Assembly (NCBI RefSeq): GCF_006345805.1
Contig: NC_043007.1
Coordinates: 55,800,001-55,864,000, forward strand
Length of the DNA stretch: 64,000 nucleotides
Origin: Octopus sinensis
Taxonomy: Eukaryota
Direction: 5' to 3'
In this document: in pieces, positions 24,451 through 38,760 of the stretch
How positions within the stretch are numbered: position 1 is the first letter of the stretch
How the letters are laid out: the number at the start of each line of letters is the position of its first letter
Translations under genes and position numbers: made by a program
Notes under the pieces: generated by a model
The model's input: the letters and a program-made list of their open reading frames with translations, nothing else
Databases searched by the model: none
What the model was told of the DNA's origin: nothing

Positions 24451-27441
24451 TGTCCACACTTTAGAGAGCATGGGTCATTTGACAGAACTTTTTATCCAAA
24501 ATATGAGACAATAAATATGAGAGTGGTGAACTTGGACCACTTTTCCAAGTAAATAGAGTTTTGGGTATTTGTAATTAATGTTTCTCCTACTAGGATCTTG
24601 CTGTATTACCAATTGCTTTTCTCATATGAATGAATATAATGCAGGATTTCAAGATTGTGTTATAGGATGGTAAGGCTGTCAGTGTTTTGAACTAGTTGAA
24701 TAACTGTGTGTACTCAATATCTTTTTAATTTACTACTCACCTTCCTTTTGATACCTGTGCAAAATGTAATAATTAAGGCTTGTACTTATCACTGTCTGAC
24801 AAACACATGAACTATCCAAATGACTTAGGGAAATGAACAGGTTTCTAGAATAAATAGTCATTTTAAGAGCATTTAAGGATATGAGTCTAAAATTTAAACC
24901 AACGAATTATCTTAGCCAAAAATGTTGCATTTTATAATTTCTCTAAATACAGTAATTTAGTTAGAATCTTCAGTTATTTTTGTGTCTAGTCATATGTTCG
25001 TATTTTTACATTTTAAACATTAGTATCAATGGTTACTCTAATAGTATCTTAGTTATCATCTTCAAAAAGTTGAGACACTATTCACTATTCTTTTAGTGAA
25101 AAAGGAATAAAGGCAGTATGAGTCCATTAAGTATTGTTTTAGAACATCAAATATCCTAATGGATATTTTTTATTAAACAAATTTTATTCATAGAAACAAA
25201 ATGGTTGACTCGAAGTTAGTGAACCTGTAGCTAATGTATCACAGCTTCATATCCATGGCAGGCATTTCAAGAGCTACCTTGGAAAGACAATTGGTTATGT
25301 TTCAGTTCATCTGGATTTAGGAAATAGTCACAAGAACTTTTAGAAATGTTACTGCAGCAGACAGGTATCAAATATAAGTAGACATCTGTATTTCATGTTA
25401 ATTTTACTGAATATTGAACAAAATAGGAGGTTCCTAGTGTTTTTAAAGATAATTTATACATGATAGCTATGTCTGTTTAGTAGACCAGGTTTGTTGTGGT
25501 TGATAGATAAATAATATATAAATATTTAAATATATGCGATGGTGCCCCAGCATGGCCGCGGCCTTTGGGCTGAAACATTTTTAAGGATTTATATACAAAC
25601 ATTTACGCATTTTTATTTTCTATATTATTATATACTTACAATGTAATTCTGACTTGTGTCAGAGGAATTTATAAGTGTTTTGGTGTGATGAAAATGAATG
25701 AAAGAATCTTCTCTTTGCATATATTCAGGGGTGAAATCTGGACTAAAGGTGAATGCAATTGATCTTGTACTTATTCTTAATAGCAATAGAATTGCCAAAT
25801 GGAGTCAAAACCCTTGAAATGGTTGTTCAATACCAATGGCATTGAATAACCACTCAGTTATTTCACTCTTCCAAACACAATAAATCCCTATAGATCATAC
25901 TCATGCATAGGAAAAATGCACTTTACCCCTTTAATTATGGTAAACAGAGTATCAACTGTCAATATATTTACAGAAGCACTACTGGATGTACACATAATAA
26001 AACAGAATATTTGTATATTGTCACTAACCCTGCACTTTGGCCAAGATATTTAAATGTTAATGACTCAATCTACCTGGCTGTTAATGGAATGTTATGATAG
26101 GGTATATTAAGAACAGATTTCACTTAAAGCAAGAGCCATTTTATACGTAATTGATAAATAGTTCATAAAGTTCATTAAGCTGCTTGTAAATAGTCACAAT
26201 TTAATTACCTGGCAGGAATAACCTGAAAACCATACATGAGCTACTGGAAATGAAGCAAATATTACAAGTAAGCGAAATCAAAATGAATAATCTTTCATTA
26301 ACAAGCAATTATTGTTTATTAGGGAAGCGTAAACAATTAACAAAGCTATTTGTGTTATTGTTGTTGTTAGATATCTTCAGGACATTTCTTATTCAGTCAG
26401 TGAGAGGTGTAGAAAGAGCTGACAAGGGGATAATTTTATAAGTGTTAAAATGATTAGGATAATGTATAGCCTCAAAATTGTTCTAAGATCGGAATTAAGA
26501 ATAAAACTGTGCTTTGCTAACAAGGTCCAGTCAGGCTGAAACATGTCTAGAATTATCACCATACTGCTGGTGACTGGATCCACACATTCCATTTATAATC
26601 AAATTTTCATAATCAAAACTTCAAAGTTAACTACCTCATTTTGTTTTTAACTCTTTTCATATTTAAAGAATTAGAATTTCTTAGTTTACTGCATAAGGTA
26701 CATTAGTGCACACTATGCTGTAATAATTGCAGACTTCACACTTTAATTAGTAAGTATAAAATTTAGGAATTACAATCAATAACCTTCGTTCTAAAGCTAT
26801 CAGCAAATTTCTTGATCCCTCTTTCTCTCTCTCACACATGTTTATTTCTTGATCTCTGTCTCTCTCTCTCTCTCACATGTTTATTGTCAAATGTCTTAAG
26901 GTGTCTAGCTTTTTGATTTCTGCTCTAAATGCACTATGTAGACTCTTATCATAGCTTTGATGTATGTGGAAGAAGCCTGACGTATTCACATTTTCACTCT
27001 TGCATTTCAAGAATCTCACCGGAGGTTCCATTTATTGTGGTGGCTCTAAAATTATGGACTAGGTAAAAAGAGTGGGAGTAGAGTTCGAGAGCCTGTCGTT
27101 AACATCTGAAAGGAAGATTTCTGTGAACACTTACAAGGTGGAAGAGAGCTCTTTTGTACGTATCTAATAGATTAAAGAAACCAAAGTTTACTCAGTGAAT
27201 TACAATGTACCTTAATCCTGCAAATCATTTGGGGTAGCTGCCTAGAAAGGAGAAGAGAAAACAGGGGAGCGATAGCAAGGGATATAGAGGTTTCTGGCTA
27301 GTTGAAAGTAAAGGGTGTATAGGAAGCGATGACAGAGAAATGTTGGTGGTGAGCGTGTGCGTACACTTCCCAAATATGTTTATCATTCATACGCGTAAAT
27401 GTAGATATCATACACGTCCCACCATATATGTATATATATAT

Positions 27442-27505
<64 letters not shown>

Positions 27506-27804
27506 AACATTAATAACGACAGAAGCAGTATTAATATCAAAAAGTAATATTTATCTCCCACTTAAGGTTGATGTTGAGGAACAAACAACGATTGATTGTT
27601 TAACCAGCACATTATACAAACGATCGAGTAGCCAATTCGTTAGATATTTTACCAATACAAAAGTGGTATCGAACCAATGCGTGTGTTATTCTTATTGGCG
27701 TAATGACTCTCTCAAAACACAACCAAATAAGCTTCAACACATGAATTCACATCAAGAATATTGCAAACCAAACACAAGAACGATATATATATATATATAT
27801 ATAT

Positions 27805-28136
27805 AAGGTAAAAGGGTTTACCCCCGCCTCGGCTATGAATGACCATGGGATTGCACCTAGAAAGTTATCCTACGAGGCACAAGTCCGAGCAAGGGTGTTT
27901 ATGGAAGACCAGCAGTAGCCCATGCATACCAGCCTTCCCGCTCTACACTACCGATGTTATCCAAGAGAAAGACAAAGGCCAATACAGCTTGGACCTGTGA
28001 CATTGCAACTCATTTCTACAGCTGAGTGAACTTGAGCAATGTGAAATAAACTGTTTAGATCATCAGCACAGCCTGGTCCGGAAATCGAACTCACTACCTC
28101 ATGATTGTGAGCCCAACGCCCTAACCACTGAGCCAT
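27805..28136 (-). mobile_element. tRNA-derived SINE family D (degenerate relative at approx. 33185-33300 +)
   Basis: Head atggctcagtggttagggcgttgggctcac...gagttcgatttcc; central cactcagctgtagaaatgag motif. Confidence 0.75.
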
Positions 28137-28731
28137 AACGAATACGGAGAATAATACATCTGTACGATTTTTATTTTCACAATCAATTATACAGCATATC
28201 TAACTTAAATCTGTCCGATGTAGGTTTCTGCAGCATAGACATCTGGCAATTGCGTTTGCCCTAATTTTCATAAATCTGGTTTATAGTCTATACAGCTTAT
28301 TCAAATTTAGCAACCGTCCTGGTTTGAAGTGAACTGAAGTGTAGCTAGCCTTATGTTTGCAAGGGTATTATAGTTTTAATCGCAAAGAATGGGAAGGGAA
28401 CATTTGGAAAACTGATACGGTTATAAAAACAGTTAATAGGTTGACCCTATAATGACCCTAGGTTTGAATTTCAAATCATGAAATTTAGATCGTAAATTAG
28501 GCCAGAAAATATTTCAACTACTAGACTTGAGTGAATTATAAATTAGTGAGTTTCAGAGATACATATGTGTACAGTTATGGGTCATTAAGTTAGATATAAT
28601 TTAGAGATATGAGATATGTTGAACTTGTAAGTGCCAATCAGAATATTTATATAACACAAGTTTCAATTTACATGTAAATTTCGTTTTCCTCCTCCTAGAT
28701 ATAGGACATATATCCTAGGCATAGGATATAT

Positions 28732-29026
28732 TGTGGTTTGTTCCTTCTCGAGCCACGCGTGGCTCATTAGAGCCGGTTTCCCTGTTTCCTTGGCGTATAG
28801 GTTCCTTAGCTGGACGGAACGTCGGTCTGTCGCAGGTGAGCTGCAAGAGGAAAGAGTGAAAGTTGTGGCAAAACAATCAGCAGAAGATCGCCATTACCTT
28901 CTGCCGGAGCCGCGTGGAGCATAGGTGTTTCGCTCATAAACACACACATCGCCCGGTCTGAGATTCGAACCCGCGATCACTCGACCGCGAGTCCGCTGCT
29001 CCCACCACTAGGCCATGTGCCTCCAC
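28732..29026 (-). mobile_element. tRNA-derived SINE family C with a 12-bp target-site duplication
   Basis: Head ggaggcacatggcctagtggt...gggttcgaatctc; cataggatatat at 28720-28731 and 29027-29038. Confidence 0.88.
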
Positions 29027-29059
29027 CATAGGATATATAACTGCCTTATTTTATCCTTT

Positions 29060-29158
<99 letters not shown>

Positions 29159-29177
29159 GTCTATCTGTCTGTCTGTC

Positions 29178-29430
29178 GTGGCTGTGTGGTAAGAAGTTTT
29201 GCTTCCCAACCACATGTTGCCGGGTTTAGTGCCACTGCGTGGCACCTTCGGTAAGAGTCTTCTGCTATCGGCATATATATATACTTGCGTCCCCATAACT
29301 TAGCGGTTCGGCAAAAATGACCGATAGAATAAGTACTAGGCTTACAAAGAATACATATTTGGGTCGTATATTCGATTAAAGGCAGTGCTCTAGCATGGCC
29401 GCAGTCCAATGACTGAAACAAGTAAAAGAA
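29178..29430 (+). mobile_element. SINE family A with an internal deletion
   Basis: Head and tail align to the 24038 copy. Confidence 0.8.
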
Positions 29431-29436
29431 TATTAT

Positions 29437-30230
29437 TATATTGGTTCATATGGTAAAACTTGGAAATCTAGATTTCATAATCATTCTCATTCATTTAAGT
29501 ATAGAAGAAAAATCCTTTGGGATTTAAAAGATAAGTTAGTTATATACCATCGTACGGTTTTGGTAATTTTACATGTGATATTTACATTGAAGAAATGTAT
29601 TATATAATTACTTCTAAATTAATTTTATTGAATTTTAATGGAAACTTTGCTATAAGGCATTGCCATAAATTTTGAAAGACATTCAAATATTTCAATTCTT
29701 AGTTATAATAGTTTTTCATATATTATATAATAAGTTTAATTCTTCTAAAGCGTTTTATACATTTAATAAATGGATAACTAATTGTTGTGATGCAACGTAT
29801 CTAAGCTTCTTATAATCGCAATATCGAATTCTTATCTTTATTTTTTATTCTTTAGTCCTCCGGTTATTTCTAATTGTCATAATGTAGGGTTTTTAAAATA
29901 TACTTTTCGTCATCCACTGACGTCACCAATAGTTGAATATAAAAATGACATTTCTTAAATGTTTATTTTTTGTTTTCTTAAAATATTTTCGTTATCCAAT
30001 GACATCACCATTAGCCGAATGAAGGAATGTCTAAGGTTGAATTCACTTTAATCGTTCTTTTTGTTAGCCTCTATCTACTGGTAATATTTCAAGCGTTCAA
30101 TTCAAATATCACTAATTTTCGATGGCCTTGATAACGTTGTGTTAACATAAATTTTCGAAAATATAAATATTAATTTTAATATTTTCTATATATATTTATG
30201 TTGCTTTTTTGATTATATATATTTATGTAT
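29437..30230 (+). mobile_element. Penelope-like element 3' remnant (GIY-YIG end plus terminal repeat region)
   Basis: YIGSYGKTWKSRFHNHSHSFKY resembles the YIGxT...R..NH..SF part of PLE GIY-YIG domains. Confidence 0.55.
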
Positions 30231-30233
30231 ATA

Positions 30234-30746
30234 CTAGCAGTATCGCCCGGCGTTGCTCGGGTTTGTAAGGGAAATAACTATATAAGCATTTTTAGAGAGT
30301 TACTTCCCTTATAGATGCCAATTCGGGCTTTCTTAGCCATTTCTGTTTTGGTGTCTTCAAGCCATGAAGTCGTTGTTCTAAAAGAACGCTGGTCTCCTTG
30401 ACAACGCTTTACGACGTTGATTTCCTTACACTCCCTTCCCCACAGCTTCACGAGGGAAGGAAGAAGGGGGAGAAGCAAACAGGTGCAGGTGTGACCATGG
30501 ACGCCAACTCCGCCGCCATCGACACACGAAAAATTCTGCATTAAAATGGAATAAAAAATGATGTTAAATTATTTTTAAAATCGTAGACTCATCGTAGACG
30601 CGCGCTAATACTCAGACGGGCTCGATATGAATCACGACTATAAGATACCCGAATTTGGTTAAACTGCACCGCAAAGTGTGGGAGTAGTTAGGAATCTAAA
30701 TCGAAGGGGACAGACACTCACACAACTACAGTTTTATATATATAGA
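30234..30746 (-). mobile_element. Non-autonomous Helitron
   Basis: Minus strand A|TCTATATATATAAAA ... cccgagcaacgccggg hairpin ... CTAG|T, i.e. 5'-TC, 3'-CTAG, subterminal hairpin and an A/T target with no duplication. Confidence 0.85.
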
Positions 30747-31214
30747 TAGATATATAACCAAAAGGCAGGAATAAAGTCGTGACTAAAATGACAAAGGGTA
30801 TTAGTCAGCATCAGTCCGGACAAGTATTGCTAGAAATGAGAGTCAAAACAACTCATAACCACAGAAGGCACTTATTTTAAGACTGACCTATGTATGTTAA
30901 TGCGATAGAAACGATTGTCGGCTTTATAATGCGAGATCTGTAATAAAGATATAATTTTTTCCATACATATTTTTTGCTGTTAAATACTCTGAATTTCTTA
31001 AAATTTTGGCAAATGATATTTTGATTTACCTGTCATACACGAGGATTTACCTGGGATCTGTATTCTACTTAGATTTACTAGTGTCTAATTGTTGAACATT
31101 GGTAACCAAATTTTGTTAATACTGAGTTCCTTTATTGATATCTACCAGGATTTTTTAATACTTTATTTTCTTTATATGTGTGCGCGCGCGTGTGTAAGTG
31201 TATGAGCGTGCCTT

Positions 31215-31420
31215 TGTGTCTGTGTTTGTCCCACCCCCACCGTTTGACAACTGGTGCTGGTGTGTTTATGTCCCCGTAACTCAGCGGTTTGGCAAAAGAG
31301 ACTGATTGAATAAGTACCAGACTTTAAAAATTAGTACTGAGGTCTCAATTCGTACAACTAGAAATTTTTCAGGGCGATGCTCCAGTATGGACGCAGTGTA
31401 ATGACTGAAGCAAATAAAAG
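31215..31420 (+). mobile_element. SINE family A, 3' half
   Basis: Aligns to the family A body and tail. Confidence 0.75.
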
Positions 31421-31639
31421 ATACTCCATAAATAAACTCACATGTAAGTGAGAGTTGGAAGATAGAAGAGAGTACACCTAGACATCGTACCTATACATAG
31501 ACGAAGGGGACAATGAGTTATCAGGAGAGTAAAGTATATACGTCGTTATTAAAAGTGGCAGTGAATGCTGGAACGGAAAAGATGGGTTAGAAAGTAGACA
31601 CACATGTTATTTTCTCGAGCTAAAATCTCTAACAGACTT

Positions 31640-31678
<39 letters not shown>

Positions 31679-32200
31679 GTGTGTGTGCATAAATGTATAG
31701 ATATATAGAGAGATAGGCGTGTGAGTGTGTATGTGTACATTCAAGTATGTGCATGTGCGCGTGTAGTATTTTAAAAGGTTGTACTGACGCAAAAAAGCAA
31801 TAAAATAAGTGTACCAATAAAACAACTAGTGATGATGATTTAACCCATAAATAAAACGTGTTTATATGAGGGAGGGAAGGTGTGATAAGTAAAACATGTA
31901 AAGATGATTTATACAACCAGTGTGAATGTTTTATAGAGCTGTAATCAAAGACATTCCATCTAAATTTTTAGTTTGAATTTACTGAAAATGCATCAAACGG
32001 AAAAATATTAGCAGATATGAATCACAGTTACCTTAATATAAAAAAAAAATATTTTGGGGATAATACCTGCAGTTAAAATACACTCGCACATATGTGAACG
32101 CGTGCATACCCGCAAACACGCATACGCACGCACGCACGCACACGCACGCACGCACGCACACGCACGCACGCACGCACACACACAAGTACGTATGTATTTT

Positions 32201-32235
<35 letters not shown>

Positions 32236-32239
32236 TTTT

Positions 32240-32432
32240 ATTCTTTTACTTGTTTCAGTCATTTGATTGCGATCATGCTGGAGCACCGCCTTTAGTCGAA
32301 CAAATCGAATCTAGGACTTATTCTTTGTAAGCCTAGTACTTATTCGATCGGCCTCTTTTGGCGAATTTCTAAGATACGGGGCCGTAAAAACACCAACATT
32401 GGTGTCAGGTGATTGTGTGGGGACAAATACAG

Positions 32433-32486
<54 letters not shown>

Positions 32487-32560
32487 CGACAGGCTTCTTT
32501 CAGTTTCCGTTTACAAAATCCACTCACAAAACTTGCCCAAGGTGCCACGCAGTGAATATA
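32240..32560 (-). mobile_element. SINE family A
   Basis: Reverse complement of the family A body, internal microsatellite and tail. Confidence 0.85.
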
Positions 32561-32752
32561 TATATAGACGAAAAGCAAAAAGACAAAGACAGGTGTATGA
32601 ACAACAAGCAGGTGCATTAATTTGACGCTCGGGAAAATGAAAATGAAAAAGTATTTTACGTTTCGAGCCTACGCTCTTCAGCAGAAAGGAATAAGAGAAA
32701 AAAAATAAACAGAGAGAATGAAAAAAACCTGAATATTTATCGATCAAGCATG

Positions 32753-32784
<32 letters not shown>

Positions 32785-33721
32785 GGATGCATATATATAC
32801 ACATACATATGTAGGTATGTACATATATGTATGTATATATACATATACTTCTATATTATTTTAATTATTGTATGTATGTATATAGTACCTGAGGGTGCAG
32901 GGTAGCACCTACATGGCAAGAAACAAGAGTGAAAGATCCTTATAGCCACAAAAACATTGTATAAACACTGATATGGGAGATTAACCGCCCCACAACGAGT
33001 GCGCTCGTTGTGGGGGCGGTTATCTCCATGGATTGAATCTTTGAGCAAATCTCAAACTTTTGATGTCAATTGTAACTGATAAGAGCAGTTCTGAAATCCT
33101 TGTCAGATTATCACTGCATTTCTTGTTGCAGTCAGAAAATATTTATTTCTATAAAAAAAAGTTAACATTGTTAAGACAATATTCATATAAGTGTTGACCT
33201 CACAATCATCAAATGGTGAGTTGAATTCCTGGACCAGGAGCCGCATTATGTCATTGATCTAGGCAATTCGTTTCACGTTGTTCCAAACTACTCAGCTCGG
33301 TACTGGTGCAATTCTCTCTACCTCCATTTGTCAGATCATTGATGTTCCATTAGGTGAAGACTGGGAAGCCATGCCTGCTTACAACTACATCTCTCATTTT
33401 GATAGAATCAAGACACGAACTTTTCAGTCACAAGTAGTTGATAACTGCTGCCCCGACTGTTGTAGGCTTTTGCTTCAGCAGCAATGTCCTATTGGAAAGT
33501 CGTTTCCCCGTCGTCTGCTAAAATCGATAATTTATTTTGCAAAAGATATATTGAATTTATGTTAGAACATAATGTACTCTGTGAATTTATACTATAGTTA
33601 CTCTGAATTATTGCTTCATTTAGATTAGAAGTTTTTATTCTAGAATCTTAGTATATAGAAGCAAAGTTTTCATCAATATGTATCACTCATCTGAGATTAT
33701 AGTAATTTAAATAGCGCTTGC

Positions 33722-33960
33722 AGTTGTGCTAAACGTAGTGATGCCAAGCTCAGAGAAACCATGGTGGTTGAGCAGAATCATTAGATTACTGACAGAAGCC
33801 CCTGCAGGATTTCATCACGGCCTTTTATCTTCTGGGTTCAAATCACTCCAAGGTCGACTTTTGTTGTTTTATCCTTATGGGAGTAAACAAAAATCGAGAA
33901 CCGATCAGTACTGGAGTAGATATTGATTCTTCCCGCCCTGAAACATTTATGGTTTATATG
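33722..33960 (+). mobile_element. SINE family B, diverged
   Basis: gggttcaaatcactccaaggtcgacttt...ccttatgggagtaaac matches the family B body. Confidence 0.65.
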
Positions 33961-34247
33961 TAAGAGATCCACATCATTATTTCCTTTAGGCTCTGCCCTT
34001 GCATTCAGTCCTTTTTCTCCACAGGTAACGTAAAATAGGTCTAATTGCAATTTTTCACCACTCATTATCAAAGCTGTAAAATAAAGAACAAAACAATGTT
34101 TATAAGTTATATATGAAAATAAAGAATAAAGAATTTAGCAATGATCGAAGAACAGGTTGTATTCAATTGATGATATAACGTGGAGATACAAGTTCGCAAA
34201 AACAATCAGTGAACATCAGAAAAAACTTTTTTGACTTAACCTGGTAA

Positions 34248-34352
<105 letters not shown>

Positions 34353-34554
34353 ATTGAGGTAATCAGATCAGATGGTTCATATTTGTAGATATTTATTTAT
34401 ATATTACATTTTTTACATATATATCATATCATTCGGATTAGCGCTTGCTCCCATTCTAGTGGGTTTTCAAATCAAATCAGTTGTGGGTAGTTTGAACCTT
34501 TTTATAGTTTCGTAGTAGTGGTTGAGGAGGAAGTGAGGCAGAGAGAAAATATGT

Positions 34555-34597
<43 letters not shown>

Positions 34598-36191
34598 CTT
34601 TGATGTCTTCTCTTTCTATATAATAACGTATAATATTTAGGCTCCATAGGTGTATGTGTGTACACTCATATGTAATAACTAATTTTGAACAGTAATTCAT
34701 ATTTCAGTTGTTTAAAAGTATTCAGTTACTTTCGTAACTCTTAGGTGTATTGAGTTCTTTCATTTGCCGAATCCATTAAGAAACAAACATTACGTATGTA
34801 TGTATGTATGTATGTATGTATGTATGTATGTATGTATGTATGTATGTATGTATGTATGCATGTATGTATGTATGTACGTATGTGTGTGTTTGTGTGTGTA
34901 TGTATGTATCTGTGTCGATATGTATTTTTATATGTATGTCTATGTATATATGAAAATATGAATGTATGTATGCGTGCACACGCACCGGCGGTCACACTGC
35001 TTGTCTGTATGTGTGTGCCAAAATGTATATTCAGAATGAGATGTTTTATGATGATAAAGCTATTCATCAGAATTTTCGCCCAATATGATAGTAAAATGAA
35101 ATATTTTTTTGTCCTTCTTCTTCTTATTATTGTCATTTATCATGATGATGCTCCATCGAATATTGGCTTCTTGTGTGAATATTGCAGGAAGAATTGAATA
35201 TTCAAGTTTTATTGTCTGATGACAGAATTCTTTGTTATTGGTTTAGGAAATGTGAAAATGTTTCTATTTTTTCTCCCTGATATTAGTATATTTATGATTC
35301 TCCGACGTTATTTAATCAGTTTTTCAATGTTATTTATTTGTTTTATCATCTGTTGTTTATTTATTTATCAACATTTCATTTATTTTTTTATTATAATCTC
35401 GGATTATAAAATACTTTAAGGGTTTATTTGCTTCTTTGGGGTGATCATAACCATCATATATTGTCAGAAATGGTCACAGAATCATACAGTCAATGAGGTG
35501 AAAATATATTGGGAAAAATCAATTATTTTATGCTTTGTGAGAAAGCCAGAGGAAAGGAATAGTCATACATTACACATACACATATATGATGAACAGTGTG
35601 TGTGTGTGTGTATGTTTTATGTATATGTGTGTGTATATATGTATGAATTATGTATGTGTGTGTAATATATGTATGTATGCATGAATATGTGTGCGTATAC
35701 CTTAACCGCTGTGTTCAGTCCTTTCTTCCTTACAACATCAACCATATCTAAAAATACATTTTCGTATTGTCCTTCCTTTTCATACGGCAGCAGAGTATAA
35801 TTTATAGGAAATTTGAATGCGAAAATACTTGTAGCTTGAGTAACTAGATAGAGTCACTTTTTAGGAAGCTACATACGAAGATAGAATTATAGCCAATTCT
35901 ATCTGTATCAATCTATTCGAGCTGAGGCTATGGAAGACCAGAACATCGGGCATTTTGTCCGAGGTTCTAACGATTCTGCCAACCCACCGCCAAGAACGGC
36001 ATCACAAATTACGACAACATGTTTTGACCGATGCACAAACAATTCTGCCGATCTACCGTCAATTTTGCCAATTTAGTGCCCTTTCTGCCAATCCACCATC
36101 TTTTTAATAAGAAGAATAAGAACTACAGCAACATGCATAGCAAGAACATAAAATAAAACATCGATAAACACAGCGAGAAAATCAAGAACAT

Positions 36192-36240
<49 letters not shown>

Positions 36241-36802
36241 CAGTAGTAGTAGTAGCAGTAGTAGTAGCAGTAGCAGTAGTTGTAGTAGTAGTAGTAGTAG
36301 GCTGAAACTTTTTTCAGTTTTGAAATTACGAGGCAAAATGTCTGAATACTCATAACAGACTGGACAAATAAGTTTTCTTTTGGATTCAGACCTGAATACA
36401 ACTGACCAAAGAAAGAAACAACTGGTTGCCAATTTGATTTAAGGTAGTCCATGATTTTTATCAGTAAAGCCAGCCATTTTCTTTCAATTTATTCTTCGAT
36501 AAAGGCAAATAATTGCCAGTAACATTCGGATTTGCTGTGTCATTAGATTTCCAGAAGCAGCGAGATGGAATTATTCAAACCTTTGGGAAAGAAACAGATG
36601 TTATTTCTCGTCTTTTATTTAACCATTCCATTTTAGTTTGCAGTAGATCAATATCAACAACAACAGTAACAAATACGACAAAATAGATAATAAGACTAGC
36701 AAGATTAATAAGAATGATAAATGCCTCATTACTGTTATTATCAAATAGGGGCTTTACTCAAGACGTTAGAAAGTCCTTATAAAATTTAATGGAATGTTGT
36801 TG

Positions 36803-36912
<110 letters not shown>

Positions 36913-37192
36913 CACACATACATGGTTATGTGTGCGTGTTGGAGTAAATCTCTTTTATTAAAGGTTTTTCATACTCTTTTTTATTATTTCATTCAGAAGA
37001 TTAGGTTTAGAAAGTTTTGGTGCGTTAATTGAATTAATAAGTTTATTTTTCAAACTAAACACAAATGACAAATAAACAAATTAAAAAATATATTGAAAAT
37101 TTGAAGACAGAGTTGAGTCTTCAATATACACACCTATATATACACACATGCGCATAGATACACACACGCACGCACACATGGACAGATACAGA

Positions 37193-37252
<60 letters not shown>

Positions 37253-37899
37253 CGCACAAACGCATACATATGCACAGTCATACTTATCTATCTTGACAAT
37301 TTGAGCTTAGGGGCATTAAAACTATACTTTAGGTATAAACAATAATTTTATTAAACATATCATTTATAGATAATAACCAAATGCCTCCAATTTATATTCT
37401 TCATCACTCGATGATTCTTTGCGGCAAATATTTAGTTCATTACTGGATGTGGCCTTGGTCCTTTTATTTAATTCATCTAAAGAAGGAATTTCTTGTTTCT
37501 TTATAAATACATCAAAGGTTCCTTGTATATTACAGTCATTTTCTTTTCTTTATAAACTACATAAGAAAGCATCAGATTATTTAAATCTGGAGCAATTTTT
37601 CTACTTAGAAATTTGAACTTTCTGGTTTGAAAATCTCAGTCAGTTTTTGAAAATGTGAAAAAGACTTCGTTGAACCCTTTGACAATGGAGTAAACAAGAA
37701 TTTACATTGTTACTTTGTCAGTGTTTTCATAATGCTCTTCCATTTCAGTGAGGTTTCATTTGCAAGCTCTTTGTTACATGATTGAAACACATCATTTATG
37801 ACATTAATACAAAAATGAAAGAGTAACTGACTAGTAATATCAACAACTGCTTCTGTTTAATTTCGAACAATCTCTGGGTTTTTCATAGTTTTCATTCTA

Positions 37900-38760
37900 G
37901 CGTTTTTCTTAAACACGTTTATCATTTTACGTATTCAGAAGATTAAAGGATTTCCCAAATTATTTTAATACTGGACCTTATCAATAGCATTTTTTAACTG
38001 ATCAAATGTATGACCAAGATAAAACACGTTAAATGTTGCAATTAAACCTTGATCCATTTGTTACGACACTGTAGTTAGAAACATAAACATTAATCTAATA
38101 TTTGGAGGATGATGTAGACATTGTGGATGACTAGATGCGATTTATTTACGATCAGTAGCACATGAAATATTATACTTTTGCCTTCCTAATATTTTTTAAC
38201 TTCAGATACAAAGTGATGCGAAAACTAAAGTAGTATCAATAAAGCAACAAGTCAGCTTGGAAGTGTCACTTTTATAAGGCCTTCAATTGCCCCTGGATTT
38301 TCGGCATGATGCACAAGCATAAGCTTTAACCTATAGTATTCTGCTACATTACCTCTAAACATTAATGCTAACCAATCTTTAGCTGCTTTAAAACCTGGCA
38401 TCGGTGATTTTTCTTTGCAATATAGCTTCTTGCCGGCATGAACTTTGGTTTACGTTAACCAGGTTACTGTTTTTTCTTCTATTCAGTATCAGTACACATG
38501 TTTGCCATGCACTTTTACATTTTGCCAACCAATTCATTCTTTTTTATTTATGTATAAAACCAGCTATTGCGTGTAGTAAATGTTTTTTCACCATTGTCTT
38601 GCTTATATTTAGACGTCATAAGAACAGAAAAGGTTTTAGTACAAAAAACCCAGTTCTCATAGCAATCATTATGCTTAATCGTTGCGCTGGATCAGCTAAT
38701 CATATTTATAAAAGGCTTTTCCATGTACAGAATAAAGTTGGAAGTTCTTTATTATAGACC
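37900..38760 (-). mobile_element. Fossil Tigger/pogo-family transposase
   Basis: PGFKAAK/DWLALMFRGNVAEYYRLKLMLVHHAENPGAIEG near 38400-38280 and QMDQGLIATFNVFYLGHTF near 38060-38005 match the Tigger1 DDE domain. Confidence 0.85.

Noticed and set aside
27211-27241. Possible minus-strand 31-nt exon with a strong polypyrimidine acceptor
   Set aside because: Asymmetric, unrecognisable peptide and no partner exons; such sites arise often by chance.
32650-32690. Minus-strand CTGAAGA-gcgtaggctc-GAAACGTA hammerhead-like motif
   Set aside because: Stem I does not pair and the hairpin sequesters core bases.
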